Shown here piece after piece: positions 37,282 to 46,581 of a DNA stretch of 64,000 nucleotides. Source of the stretch: an uncultured Bacteroidales bacterium (lineage in GTDB: Bacteria; Bacteroidota; Bacteroidia; Bacteroidales; CAYRRV01); contig CAYRRV010000004.1 in the NCBI GenBank assembly GCA_964426725.1, forward strand, positions 81,391 through 145,390, read 5' to 3'. The position numbers were made by a program, and so were the translations under genes. Each line of letters starts with the position of its first letter. Position 1 is the first letter of the stretch. The notes under the pieces were generated by a model that did not search any database, had not been told where the DNA came from, and was given only the letters and a program-made list of their open reading frames with translations.

Positions 37282-38268
37282 TTAACTTAATTTACCAATA
37301 TCCTGCAGCCAGGCTTCAAGGGTCGAAATCTCTCTTTTATCCACGATCCCCTCTGCCAGTAATGAAGTATAGGTATTAAATAAATTATTTTCAACGGTAT
37401 CTAACGCGGAAATACTGTTCATGGTTACCTCAATCACCTTTTCCGTATGCTGATACATGGGTATTTCAGATTCGAAATCTTTCATGAAATCATGAACATT
37501 CCGTTTTTGAATTACCGTGGCATTTAAAAATCCTAATCGGTATCCATAGAGCCACATGATCGGTTGGGCAATTAAACCTCTTAAAATATCCGTGAACCTG
37601 AATGTAACATAGGTTGGCAGGTACATTAAAGTAAATAATTCCTCGCGTATCGCCGTGTTTTGCGTGTTAAATGGTGACAAGGTTCCCTTTTCCAAAACAA
37701 CCGGTTGTTTTTCCTTGAAATAAACGGGCTTATTACTGGTTAACCTGTATATGGCATCTACATCAGGATCTTCATCTGCCAGACCCTGCCAAATTCCTAC
37801 TTTTACATCTTTAAGCTGCATCCCATCGAAAATGGTTTTCGCTGAGGCAGTGATTTTATTCAAAGGCAGACCACGGGGCCATACATTTTCACTCGTGAAG
37901 TAATTATAAATATTCATAAAACCCTTATCCGGGGGAGTAGTGCTGAATGAACTATCAAACTCCGGGAATCGCCAATCATCCTTTGGTATATTATCATCAT
38001 CCGTGTCAACAATAATCTTTGCTCCTTCCTGTATCGAATATAAGTAGCCTATCATTTTTCGACAGTAATGATTATATGGAAGTACTTTCGATAAATTGAA
38101 ACCTGCAGATTCCTGGTCTTTAACAGACAAGAAAGTTGCATTGTCATGCTGCCAGTCCGGTGGACTTTTTTTGTCACCCACGACAATTAATTTGTAGTCA
38201 GTTAATTTCGAAAACTTTTTGACAGCTTCCGTGGGAGGAAAAATACTTGTGATTACAATGCTTTTCAT
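37282..38268 (-). CDS. STELLO/DUF288-like putative glycosyltransferase
   Basis: The N-terminal IVITSIFPPTEAVKKFSKL.DYKLIVVGDKKSPPDW...FLSVKDQ matches my memory of the DUF288 pattern. Confidence 0.45.
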   Translation of the reverse strand: MKSIVITSIFPPTEAVKKFSKLTDYKLIVVGDKKSPPDWQHDNATFLSVKDQESAGFNLSKVLPYNHYCRKMIGYLYSIQEGAKIIVDTDDDNIPKDDWRFPEFDSSFSTTPPDKGFMNIYNYFTSENVWPRGLPLNKITASAKTIFDGMQLKDVKVGIWQGLADEDPDVDAIYRLTSNKPVYFKEKQPVVLEKGTLSPFNTQNTAIREELFTLMYLPTYVTFRFTDILRGLIAQPIMWLYGYRLGFLNATVIQKRNVHDFMKDFESEIPMYQHTEKVIEVTMNSISALDTVENNLFNTYTSLLAEGIVDKREISTLEAWLQDIGKLS

Positions 38269-38375
38269 AAAAACACGATTTATTTACCTATTTAATGCTT
38301 TTAAACAAAGCCATGTGAGAATAGTTCAATTTATAAGGATCTTCCATCCGGGTATTTTTCCACGTATTCCTTCAA

Positions 38376-39059
38376 TTATCCCAATAAAACTTTTAAATAT
38401 TTCTCAATAAACATATCTTTATCTTTTGACTTGTATTGAGCGATGTAACGGGGGTGTTCAAGAGGTATGATTTCTTCAAATAATTTCAATTCCCTGTTTA
38501 TTTTATCGAGATACTTGTAGTTTTTATTATTCCCAAGGCAAATACATCTGTCAGGCCGGATATTAAAATCAAATTGCGCACTAATCGATTTTTTGATAAA
38601 ATCCCATGTTGATGACAATAATTCCTTATCATCATAATAATTGTAATTTACTTCTTTTTTTTCCTTCTTTTTTACAAACCCAAGTGGACAAACAGCACCG
38701 ATAAAAACATCACGGTAAAAACGTTCAACACCCCCGTATGCCTCGATCATCTCGTAAATAAAAGTAGAAGAAGGCTCATGAGAATTAAAATCTTTCATTT
38801 CAATACCACAATACTCCTCCAGTCTTTTTGTATCTGTAAATGGAATTCCCGTGATTCCTGCTCCAAACCTGCCGGGATTAATGCCCAATATCATGATTCT
38901 GCTCCTTGTATCGTCATAATACTTTCTGTAAAATGCAGCAGATACCCGTGCGGTTTCTTCGTGCTCTTTAAAGGGATTCATTACACGAATTCCCCCGGGA
39001 AGTTTTGCTTTTAAATCGAGATTTTTGTTAAATTTTATGATTTTATCAGCAGTTGTCAT
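38376..39059 (-). CDS. Uracil-DNA glycosylase superfamily protein (SMUG-like / DUF4918)
   Basis: ILGINPGRFGAGITGIPFTD resembles the UDG motif A (G.NPG..G...TG.PF). The C-terminal HPRY resembles motif B (HPS). Confidence 0.65.
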   Translation of the reverse strand: MTTADKIIKFNKNLDLKAKLPGGIRVMNPFKEHEETARVSAAFYRKYYDDTRSRIMILGINPGRFGAGITGIPFTDTKRLEEYCGIEMKDFNSHEPSSTFIYEMIEAYGGVERFYRDVFIGAVCPLGFVKKKEKKEVNYNYYDDKELLSSTWDFIKKSISAQFDFNIRPDRCICLGNNKNYKYLDKINRELKLFEEIIPLEHPRYIAQYKSKDKDMFIEKYLKVLLG

Positions 39060-39164
39060 AATGAATAAATATTGTATAAACTAACAAAGATAAATATTTA
39101 CTTTTTTCAATAGGGTGTATTTATTTTGAAGCATCATAATAAAAAAGAATAAAAAACAATTACC

Positions 39165-40445
39165 ATGAAAAAAATATTATTTGTTTTCAGTGTTATAACC
39201 GGTTGTTTAATAATGACCCCGGTATTTGCCAACATGCCTTTAACACAGCCTGGTGATACTATATCACATATAACTGTAACAGGAAAAATTATTGACAATG
39301 ATTCTGAAAAACCAGTCGTTTTTGCAAGTATTTATCTCGACTCGGGTAACAAGGGAACAGTTTCCAACTCTGAAGGGGAATATGTTTTAAAAATACCCCG
39401 GGGAAAAATAAACCAGGTGGTTGAATTCAGCCATCTCGGCTATAAAACGTTGCAATTACCCGCTCGGGAATTAATAACAGAAGGTGAAAATATCATCAGG
39501 ATGGAATCCTCTTCGGTTACTTTAGACGAAATTACGGTAAAACCGGAAGATGCCCTGGCAATTATAAATTCCACCCTGAAAAGGGTAAAAGACAATTATC
39601 CATTAGAACCAGTAATATTAACTGGTTTTTACAGGGAAACCATCAAACAAAATCGCAAGTACGTTTCGGTAACTGAAGCACTCGTTGATATTTACAAGGC
39701 TCCTTACTTTCCAACTTACCAGGATGACCAGCTAAAAATTTTCAAAGGTAAAAAGAGTCAGGATGTTGAAAAAATGGACACGGTACTCGTTAAATTGCAG
39801 GGTGGCCCAAGTACCGTTTTATATCTTGATATTGTCAAAAATCCATATGAACTGATAGAAACAGACATACAGCAGTTCTATGATTACAATATCGAAGATA
39901 TCGTTAACATGGATGGAAAAGAAACTTTCGTCATTTCATTTGATCAGAAAAAGGGAGTCAAGTACCCACTCTTTTCAGGAAAAATATATATTGACCGTGA
40001 AACTTACGCCATTCGTCGGGCTGATTTCGGATTGAGCGAAAAAGGGCTGGATTATGCAACAGGTGTTCTGGTAAAGAAAAAGCCCCTTTTTATGAACGTG
40101 GAACCAACTGGTGCCAATTACCTGGCCAATTATAAAGAAATTGACGGGAAATTATACCTGAATTACGTGAGGGCAGAGGCACAGTTCAAAATCAAATGGA
40201 AAAGAAAACTATTTAATACCAGGATTTATACCATGTCTGAAATGGCGATTATCGACAGGGATACAACCAATGTAAACCGTTTTAAATACCGCGAAACAGC
40301 GCGTCCGTCGGATGTTTTTGCAGATGAGGTTGGTTTTTACGAAGACAAAAACTTCTGGGGCGAATATAATTACATTAAACCTGAAGAATCTATTCAGGAA
40401 GCAATCCTCAAAATAGAAGAACGCCTGAATCGATCCAGGAACTGA
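39165..40445 (+). CDS. Secreted carboxypeptidase-regulatory-like domain protein
   Basis: Signal peptide, then ITVTGKIIDNDSEKPVVFASIYLDSGNKGTVSNSEGEYVLKIP (CarboxypepD_reg fold signature). Confidence 0.6.
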   Translation: MKKILFVFSVITGCLIMTPVFANMPLTQPGDTISHITVTGKIIDNDSEKPVVFASIYLDSGNKGTVSNSEGEYVLKIPRGKINQVVEFSHLGYKTLQLPARELITEGENIIRMESSSVTLDEITVKPEDALAIINSTLKRVKDNYPLEPVILTGFYRETIKQNRKYVSVTEALVDIYKAPYFPTYQDDQLKIFKGKKSQDVEKMDTVLVKLQGGPSTVLYLDIVKNPYELIETDIQQFYDYNIEDIVNMDGKETFVISFDQKKGVKYPLFSGKIYIDRETYAIRRADFGLSEKGLDYATGVLVKKKPLFMNVEPTGANYLANYKEIDGKLYLNYVRAEAQFKIKWKRKLFNTRIYTMSEMAIIDRDTTNVNRFKYRETARPSDVFADEVGFYEDKNFWGEYNYIKPEESIQEAILKIEERLNRSRN

Positions 40446-40555
40446 CTTTATAAACATAACAATGCCTATCGTGCTGTTTATCTGGATGTTGTGATTTTGG
40501 CCCCAAATTTGCTTCCTTACAAAAAGGAAGAATGTCAAATTAAAAACAGCGGGCC

Positions 40556-41530
40556 ATGAAAAAAATAATAATTATCACAGCAGCCTTGATAGCAGCAGTT
40601 AGCCTGGAGGCAACCGCTCAAAGAAGGCAAAGCCAGACCGCGAACGAAGAAAGAAAAACGGTTCGCTCTGACCGGAACACGAATAAAAGAAATTACGCTG
40701 AGAAAGAGACTCAACCTACTCCCTCAACAATTAGCAGAGAAAAAAGCACCGTTACTTCAACATATGACAGTAGGGGGAGAACTTCAAGTGCAGGAAATTC
40801 AACAAGAAACAGGACAAGTACCTACCGGGAACCTGCAAAAAACAGAACCACGGTTAACAGGGAAAGAACCACTACAAGAACCGCTACCACGATAAGCCGT
40901 GAAACAAACGAACAAAGAAGAAACACGGGTTCCCGTAATTACTACAACAAAAGAGAAAGAGGAAATGCCAATGTTCAGCACAAGAGAGTTTATGACGTAA
41001 AAAGAGAAACGCGTGCAGTAAAACATCATCCTACATCCAGAATATACGTTAACAGACATGAAATCAAGTACCACCATGTTACCAGGCCCAAACCCATCAG
41101 GTATCGTTCTGTATATCATCCATACCGTGAGCCGGTTCACGTGCATTTAGTATGGACTCCCGCGGTATACAGGGAATATTGTGTAATGTATCCCGAAATA
41201 AGAGAATGGAAATACAGGCATCGTTACTCGGTTCATACCGTATCAGCATATGACGCCATGTACCACGTGGGAGAAATCAGGAGAGTTTATGGTAAAGTTT
41301 ATGATACCTATTACGTACCAGATACAGATGAATATTTTCTTTACATTGGTGCAAGGTATCCTTATCATGACTTCTCAATAGTTTTACCTGGATATATTGC
41401 CCGCAAATACAGCAGAAGACCTCAAAGATACTTTTTCCTTGAACATGTTGCTGTAACAGGCCTGATTTCAACATTCGAGGGAATACCTGAAGTAGTGGTA
41501 AAAAGAAACAGCCAGATCAGGGTATACTGA
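40556..41530 (+). CDS. Secreted protein with a basic R/T/N/S-rich low-complexity region of about 170 aa and a Tyr/His-rich C-terminal domain
   Basis: Signal peptide MKKIIIITAALIAAVSLEATAQ. No family recognised. Confidence 0.5.
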   Translation: MKKIIIITAALIAAVSLEATAQRRQSQTANEERKTVRSDRNTNKRNYAEKETQPTPSTISREKSTVTSTYDSRGRTSSAGNSTRNRTSTYREPAKNRTTVNRERTTTRTATTISRETNEQRRNTGSRNYYNKRERGNANVQHKRVYDVKRETRAVKHHPTSRIYVNRHEIKYHHVTRPKPIRYRSVYHPYREPVHVHLVWTPAVYREYCVMYPEIREWKYRHRYSVHTVSAYDAMYHVGEIRRVYGKVYDTYYVPDTDEYFLYIGARYPYHDFSIVLPGYIARKYSRRPQRYFFLEHVAVTGLISTFEGIPEVVVKRNSQIRVY

Positions 41531-41554
41531 GACCGGTTGTCCGGTTAGCAATGA

Positions 41555-41586
41555 AAAAGCGTGGATTCCCCACGCTTTTTTTTTTG
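41555..41586 (+). terminator. Rho-independent terminator
   Basis: AGCGTGG attcc CCACGCT (41558-41576) followed by nine T residues. Confidence 0.8.
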
Positions 41587-41787
41587 CTTTACTACTGATG
41601 TCTTCTCAATTAAAAAATGATGGATGATCTGTGCCACATCTCCTGAATAAATGAATATCCCTTCTGCAATATTAAATGTGACGTGTCACGAACACGAAAA
41701 ATTGTTTTCACCATTATTTCTTATTAATTTGCGCGAAACTACATGAAAATGAAACATCTGACAATTGAAAATAAATTATAAACAGAT

Positions 41788-41923
41788 GAAACCCTCATGC
41801 ACTGTCTTGCACAACAAGGATATGAATAAAACATGAGGGTTCCACGGTTTTAGAAGTAAAAATGCTGATTTTGCACAAATATATTATTGAAAATAAGATG
41901 TTTAATTTAATTTTATTCGAGTG
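41788..41923 (+). repeat. Leader repeat copy R1 (upstream of and including the amidase GTG start)
   Basis: GAAACCCTCATGCACT...GGATATGAATAAAACATGAGGG...ATTATTGAAAATAAGATGTTTAATTTAATTTTATTCGAGTG is homologous to 43527-43642. It contains a 10-bp inverted repeat, AACCCTCATG (41790-41799) and CATGAGGGTT (41832-41841). Confidence 0.7.
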
Positions 41924-43519
41924 AAAAGAAGATCATTTATCCGGTTAGGTGGAATGGCAGGTTCTGTATTTGCTGTTCATGGCTTAACGAATTGCAACAA
42001 AAACACAGGGGAGAAACTCAAAGACTGGAATGATTTCGCCCTGAATGAAATTACAATTTCGGATCTGAAAACCAAATACAATTTAGGTGAACTGGATATT
42101 CCCGGGGTGGTTGACATGTATCTTTCACGGATCAATGAAATTGACAAGCAAGGACCCGCTATCAATTCTATCATAACCCTGAACCCCTCGGTACACGATG
42201 AAGCTGAAAAATTACAAAAAGAAGGAGAATCGGGCAGGCCCTTGTGGGGAGTTCCCCTGTTAATCAAAGACAATATTGATGTGGCCGGAGAAATGCCCAA
42301 CACGGCGGGTTCTCTTGCTTTAAAAGAAAACTTTCCAATAAAAGATGGATTTATTATCCAAAAATTGAGAGAAGCGGGGGCAATTATCCTTGGAAAAGCA
42401 AATTTAAGCGAGTGGGCAAATTTTAGATCAACTCGTTCATCCAGCGGCTGGAGTGCGATGGGAGGACAAACCAAAAATCCATATGTCCTGCAAAGAAATC
42501 CCTGCGGTTCGAGTTCCGGCCCGGGTGCTGCAATTTCAGCAAATCTTTGTACCATAGCTATCGGCACTGAAACCAATGGCTCTATCGTATGTCCTTCTTC
42601 AGCGAATGGAATCGTGGGAATAAAACCAACGGTAGGATTATGGAGCCGGTCGGGGATCATTCCTGTTTCACACACTCAGGATACGGCCGGTCCAATGGCC
42701 AGAACTGTTAAAGATGCCGCAATATTGCTGGGTGCCCTGGCAGGAAGAGATCCCGAGGACCTATCTACCTTAAGTGCACCTGATGAAAACAACCTTGAAT
42801 ATACCAGGTTCTTAAACAGGGATGGGCTAAGAAATGCCAGAATAGGTGTTGCACGGGAATTCTTTGGATTTCATGAAAAAGTAGATGCATTAATAGAAGA
42901 AGCTATCGCACTGATGAGAAGCGAGGGCGCTGAAATTATGGATCCGGTAGAGATTGCAGTGGGCAGTAAAGCTGAAGATGCTGCATTTGATGTACTGCTT
43001 TACGAGTTCAGATTCGGGATAAACAAGTACCTGGGCAATCTTTCCCCGGGTATTCCACATCGAAAACTCGATAATCTGATCGCTTTTAACAAGGAAAACG
43101 AAGAAACTGAAATGCCTTATTTTCAGCAGGAAATATTCTTAATGGCAGCAAAAAAGGGAGGATTTACCGACAGGGTTTACCTTCAGGCACTCCAAAAATT
43201 AGCACGGGTATACCGTAAGGAAGGAATTGACAAAATATGTGATAAATTAAAACTGGACGCCATTGTCGCTCCCACAGGTGGACCTGCCTGGACAACAGAC
43301 CTTCTCAACGGTGATCATTTTCTGGGTGGTAGCTCTTCCCCGGCAGCAAGAGCAGGATACCCGAATATTACAGTCCCGGCAGGTCATGTACACGGACTCC
43401 CGGTTGGAATATCATTTTTCGGGAAAGCATGGTCAGAACCTGTCTTGCTGAAAATAGCCTACGCTTACGAGCAAGCCTCTCAGAACAGAAAAGTTCCTGA
43501 ATTCTTAAATACAATTTAG
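41921..43519 (+). CDS. Amidase-signature family amidase with a Tat signal peptide
   Basis: MKRRSFIRLGGMAGSVFA (twin-arginine). Amidase-signature GGSSSG-like run NPCGSSSGPGAAISANL...GTETNGSIVCPS. 532 aa. GTG start. Confidence 0.9.
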   Translation: MKRRSFIRLGGMAGSVFAVHGLTNCNKNTGEKLKDWNDFALNEITISDLKTKYNLGELDIPGVVDMYLSRINEIDKQGPAINSIITLNPSVHDEAEKLQKEGESGRPLWGVPLLIKDNIDVAGEMPNTAGSLALKENFPIKDGFIIQKLREAGAIILGKANLSEWANFRSTRSSSGWSAMGGQTKNPYVLQRNPCGSSSGPGAAISANLCTIAIGTETNGSIVCPSSANGIVGIKPTVGLWSRSGIIPVSHTQDTAGPMARTVKDAAILLGALAGRDPEDLSTLSAPDENNLEYTRFLNRDGLRNARIGVAREFFGFHEKVDALIEEAIALMRSEGAEIMDPVEIAVGSKAEDAAFDVLLYEFRFGINKYLGNLSPGIPHRKLDNLIAFNKENEETEMPYFQQEIFLMAAKKGGFTDRVYLQALQKLARVYRKEGIDKICDKLKLDAIVAPTGGPAWTTDLLNGDHFLGGSSSPAARAGYPNITVPAGHVHGLPVGISFFGKAWSEPVLLKIAYAYEQASQNRKVPEFLNTI

Positions 43520-43526
43520 TGCCAGG

Positions 43527-43642
43527 GAAACCCTCGTGTACTTACGTTCAAAAAAAGGAAGGAAATGAATAAAAGTACTTATGCAATTATAGAAATTACA
43601 ATTGATTGAAAAACAAATGTCTAACTTAATTTTATTATAGTG
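43527..43642 (+). repeat. Leader repeat copy R2 (upstream of and including the crcB GTG start)
   Basis: GAAACCCTCGTGTACT...GGAAATGAATAAAAGTAC...ATTGATTGAAAAACAAATGTCTAACTTAATTTTATTATAGTG. The last ~41 nt match R1 at 34 positions by my hand alignment. Confidence 0.7.
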
Positions 43643-44005
43643 AAACTTCTATTGATCGTTGGAGCTGGTGGGTTTATTGGTTCTGCATCGCGGTATGCCC
43701 TGGCTGGCCTGATTCAAAACAAGGTATTATCCTCCTTCCCTTTCGGGACATTTAGTGTTAACCTGGTAGGCTGTTTCCTGATTGGTATGTTATTTGCCCT
43801 CACGGAAAGAGGAAACCTGAACCCGGAATGGCGAATCTTTTTTGTCACCGGAATTTGTGGTGGATTTACAACCTTCAGTGCATTTTCTGCTGAATCTTTA
43901 GCCCTGATACGCGATGGTCAATTATCATTGGCTTTCATGTACATAATGGCCAGCGTGACTTTTGGATTACTGACAACCTTTGCCGGTTATGAACTTTTAA
44001 AATGA
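43640..44005 (+). CDS. crcB: Fluoride ion channel CrcB/Fluc
   Basis: 121 aa with 4 TM segments. GAGGFIGSASRY, FPFGTFSVNLVGCFLIG and GFCGGFTTFSAF-like (GICGGFTTFSAF) motifs. Confidence 0.9.
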   Translation: MKLLLIVGAGGFIGSASRYALAGLIQNKVLSSFPFGTFSVNLVGCFLIGMLFALTERGNLNPEWRIFFVTGICGGFTTFSAFSAESLALIRDGQLSLAFMYIMASVTFGLLTTFAGYELLK

Positions 44006-44012
44006 AACATCC

Positions 44013-44372
44013 ATGGAACGAGAATACAATACGAAATTACTAAGAATTTTCGTGGCAGAGGCCGACAAGGTAAACGGGAATCCTCTTTACGAGGAAGTTG
44101 TATTTGCTGCAAAAAATGCAGGAATTTCAGGAGCAACCGTGCTAAGGGGAATCATGGGTTATGGTGCTGACAGTATCGTGCACTCAACCAAGTTTCTCGA
44201 ACTTTCATCTGATTTACCCCTGGTAATTGAAGTGATAGACAATGAAGAAAAAATAAGTAATTTTATCCCGCGTGTTGAAGCTTTGTTTGAAAAGGCTAAA
44301 TCAGGGGGATTAATTACCCTGGAGAAGGTGGAAGTCTTGCGATACCGGTCGGGTAATAACAAGGAAAATTAA
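44013..44372 (+). CDS. DUF190 domain protein (commonly crcB-associated, PII-like fold)
   Basis: LLRIFVAEADKVNGNPLYEEVVFAAKNAGISGATVLRGIMGYG matches the DUF190 pattern. It lies 7 nt downstream of crcB. Confidence 0.8.
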   Translation: MEREYNTKLLRIFVAEADKVNGNPLYEEVVFAAKNAGISGATVLRGIMGYGADSIVHSTKFLELSSDLPLVIEVIDNEEKISNFIPRVEALFEKAKSGGLITLEKVEVLRYRSGNNKEN

Positions 44373-45283
44373 ATATTTCGCCTGACTGATATAATAACAC
44401 CTCCCGCGATGATCATAAAAATGCCCATCCAGGCAAGCAAATCGGGAATGGAGTCACCCATTATAGTTCCTATTATCATGGAAAAAGGGATTAACAGGTA
44501 ACCGACAGCAGAAATGATGCCTGCCTTTTCTTCCCCGTAAGCCATGGTGATAAATACCTGACCCGTCATGGCAGATAATCCAACCACAAGAATCCATACC
44601 CACTGCATTCCGTGGGGCATAATGAATTCAGAAACTATGTATTCCAGGTTATCAGTGCCTTTAATCTCCCCGGTAATCATTGATACAAGGGGCAGAATAA
44701 TCCCGATAATCATGAATGAAAATACAATGACACGCGTATCGTAATATTTCTTGAGTTCTCTCACTGAAGTATAAGCTGCAGCAGCCACTATACCATTAAA
44801 GATACCGATTATCCCTGATTCTATTGACATGGATGGATTTGGCCGGAATACGAGTACGATACCCGCGAAACCTATAAATATGGCAAGCCACCCGTAAATG
44901 CTCAGCCGTTCTTTCAGAAATAACATGGAAAAAATTGCCACGAAAATAGGAGAAGTCTGCAGGTAAGTCATCGATATCCCTAACCCAATGGCAGACATGT
45001 TATAAAAAAGCGCGTAAAGTGAAAGCGTACCCGCTACTCCCCTGAACAACAAAAGCCACGGTCTTCTGCCTTGATTAATAAAAGGTCGCCGGATCAATGT
45101 AAATGAAAGAAATCCTACCCCGACCACGTTTCGGAAGAAGACAATTTGAACAGGACTAAAATCCCGACTCAGGTATTTCACCGTTGCTCCCATGATAGCG
45201 AATAAAAAGCAAGCGACTACAGTGTAAAAAATCCCGTGGTTACCATTAATCCTGAAAGCTATTTTATCTATCTTCATTAACAT
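44369..45283 (-). CDS. DMT superfamily (EamA-like) transporter
   Basis: 304 aa with 10 predicted TM segments as two EamA repeats. Its 3' end overlaps the convergent DUF190 gene by 4 nt. Confidence 0.8.
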   Translation of the reverse strand: MLMKIDKIAFRINGNHGIFYTVVACFLFAIMGATVKYLSRDFSPVQIVFFRNVVGVGFLSFTLIRRPFINQGRRPWLLLFRGVAGTLSLYALFYNMSAIGLGISMTYLQTSPIFVAIFSMLFLKERLSIYGWLAIFIGFAGIVLVFRPNPSMSIESGIIGIFNGIVAAAAYTSVRELKKYYDTRVIVFSFMIIGIILPLVSMITGEIKGTDNLEYIVSEFIMPHGMQWVWILVVGLSAMTGQVFITMAYGEEKAGIISAVGYLLIPFSMIIGTIMGDSIPDLLAWMGIFMIIAGGVIISVRRNI

Positions 45284-45391
45284 AAGCCTGCAAAGTAATT
45301 ACAATTTAAAATCATTCACACGAGAATTACATATCTTTTATTATTTTGATAAGGGTGGTTTTTTATTTTAATTTGCAGGAAAAAGAATTAT

Positions 45392-45808
45392 ATGAACCTC
45401 ACGTTGTCCACACCAGCTTTGTTGTTTTCAGCCATATCGTTGTTAATGCTCGCCTATACCAACCGCTTCCTGGCACTGGCAAGCCTGGTAAGAAACCTAC
45501 ACGCGAGATACAAGGAATCCCCTGAGAAATTACTACTCGGACAAATCAATAACCTGCAAAAACGTATTCAATTGATCAAACGAATGCAAATATGGGGTAT
45601 CATGAGTCTCTTGTTATGTGTTCTATGCATGTTCCTTATATATATTAACGCGCTTGATATCGCGGTAATCATATTTGGAATTGCACTCTTATTGCTGATA
45701 GGCTCTCTTGCCCTCAGCGTTTGGGAAATTAAAATATCCGTTCATGCACTGAACCTGCATTTGAGTGATCTTGAAAAGCCGGAAAAACAATCAAAAACGA
45801 ATCCGTGA
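45392..45808 (+). CDS. DUF2721 membrane protein
   Basis: PALLFSAISLLMLAYTNRFLALASLVRNLH resembles the DUF2721 N-terminal motif. 3 TM segments. Confidence 0.65.
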   Translation: MNLTLSTPALLFSAISLLMLAYTNRFLALASLVRNLHARYKESPEKLLLGQINNLQKRIQLIKRMQIWGIMSLLLCVLCMFLIYINALDIAVIIFGIALLLLIGSLALSVWEIKISVHALNLHLSDLEKPEKQSKTNP

Positions 45809-45819
45809 TCGACAGACAC

Positions 45820-46581
45820 TTAATTATTATCTTTTCTTACATGGTTTTCAACGTAATCCCGCAATTCATCCAGTTTAAAATGATACTTCCTTTTTAACCT
45901 GCCGAGCCTCTGGTTCGCTAATCTATCAGGCAGATGAATACAAGACAATAGTTCCGAAACAGAAAGATTATATTTAACAGCAACTTCCTGTATGGTCATA
46001 TACCCGTGCACTTCAATTTCACGTTGACGATCATGCCGGCGCATTCGCCCATTTCCGGGTTTATGCATGGTTGATAAATCATCCCGTGAGTTAGTATCTT
46101 CTTCTCCCGGTGAAACATCACTTTTTAATATTACTTTTCCTGTAACAGGAGGTCCCGATCTGCTTTTCCCGGGATGCCCCGGGTCCTGATAAGTAGTTTC
46201 GTCAATCTCGGGCCGGGTAAAAAGAGGAATCATTACCAGAATTACTGAAATTATAACGAAACAGGTTGTTAAGACGGCCCTGCGCTTTTTATTGGATACC
46301 ATCCTTTTATAAACACAGATGATCTGTTTCCAGTGTAAAACAATATGCAGTAAGAGTAGAAAAAAAAAGAAAAAACTTAAAATAAGATGTATACTGCCCC
46401 ATTGATGCCTGTCGAGACCCCAAAAAAACAGTTCCACATCCTTTCCATAGATTTCATTTCGTTTGAAACCGGGTACAAGAACATATTTTATCATGAATCC
46501 AACCCCTGCAATAGCCATCATGAAAAGAAACATGATAAAATCAATGATAAAATTTAACCCGGCGCTGCTTATCTTTTTCAT
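45820..46581 (-). CDS. DUF4405-like membrane protein with a cytoplasmic C-terminal helical domain
   Basis: The TM pattern with conserved His (RHQWGSIHLILSFFFF...LHIVLHWKQI) resembles DUF4405. It lies downstream of the TonB-dependent receptor. Confidence 0.5.
   Translation of the reverse strand: MKKISSAGLNFIIDFIMFLFMMAIAGVGFMIKYVLVPGFKRNEIYGKDVELFFWGLDRHQWGSIHLILSFFFFFLLLLHIVLHWKQIICVYKRMVSNKKRRAVLTTCFVIISVILVMIPLFTRPEIDETTYQDPGHPGKSRSGPPVTGKVILKSDVSPGEEDTNSRDDLSTMHKPGNGRMRRHDRQREIEVHGYMTIQEVAVKYNLSVSELLSCIHLPDRLANQRLGRLKRKYHFKLDELRDYVENHVRKDNN

Noticed and set aside
41678-41689. GTGACGTGTCAC near-palindrome (CRP/FNR-like half-sites)
   Set aside because: The spacer between TGTGA and TCAC is 4 nt rather than 6, the site occurs only once, and it lies 230 nt from the nearest start codon. 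Evidence for an operator call is insufficient.
41977-42675. 232-aa minus-strand ORF, the longest unexplained ORF in the track
   Set aside because: It is fully antisense to the amidase gene, whose amidase-signature motifs and Tat signal are clear. The antisense translation has no recognisable motifs. Long shadow ORFs of this kind are common.
43520-43639. Expected fluoride (crcB-motif) riboswitch upstream of crcB
   Set aside because: I looked for the conserved core (GGCGATG..., ...AAC(T/C)GCC..., ...CTGATGA.GCCTAC-like segments) and did not find it by eye. It is not reported as a feature. A covariance-model scan is needed to be sure.
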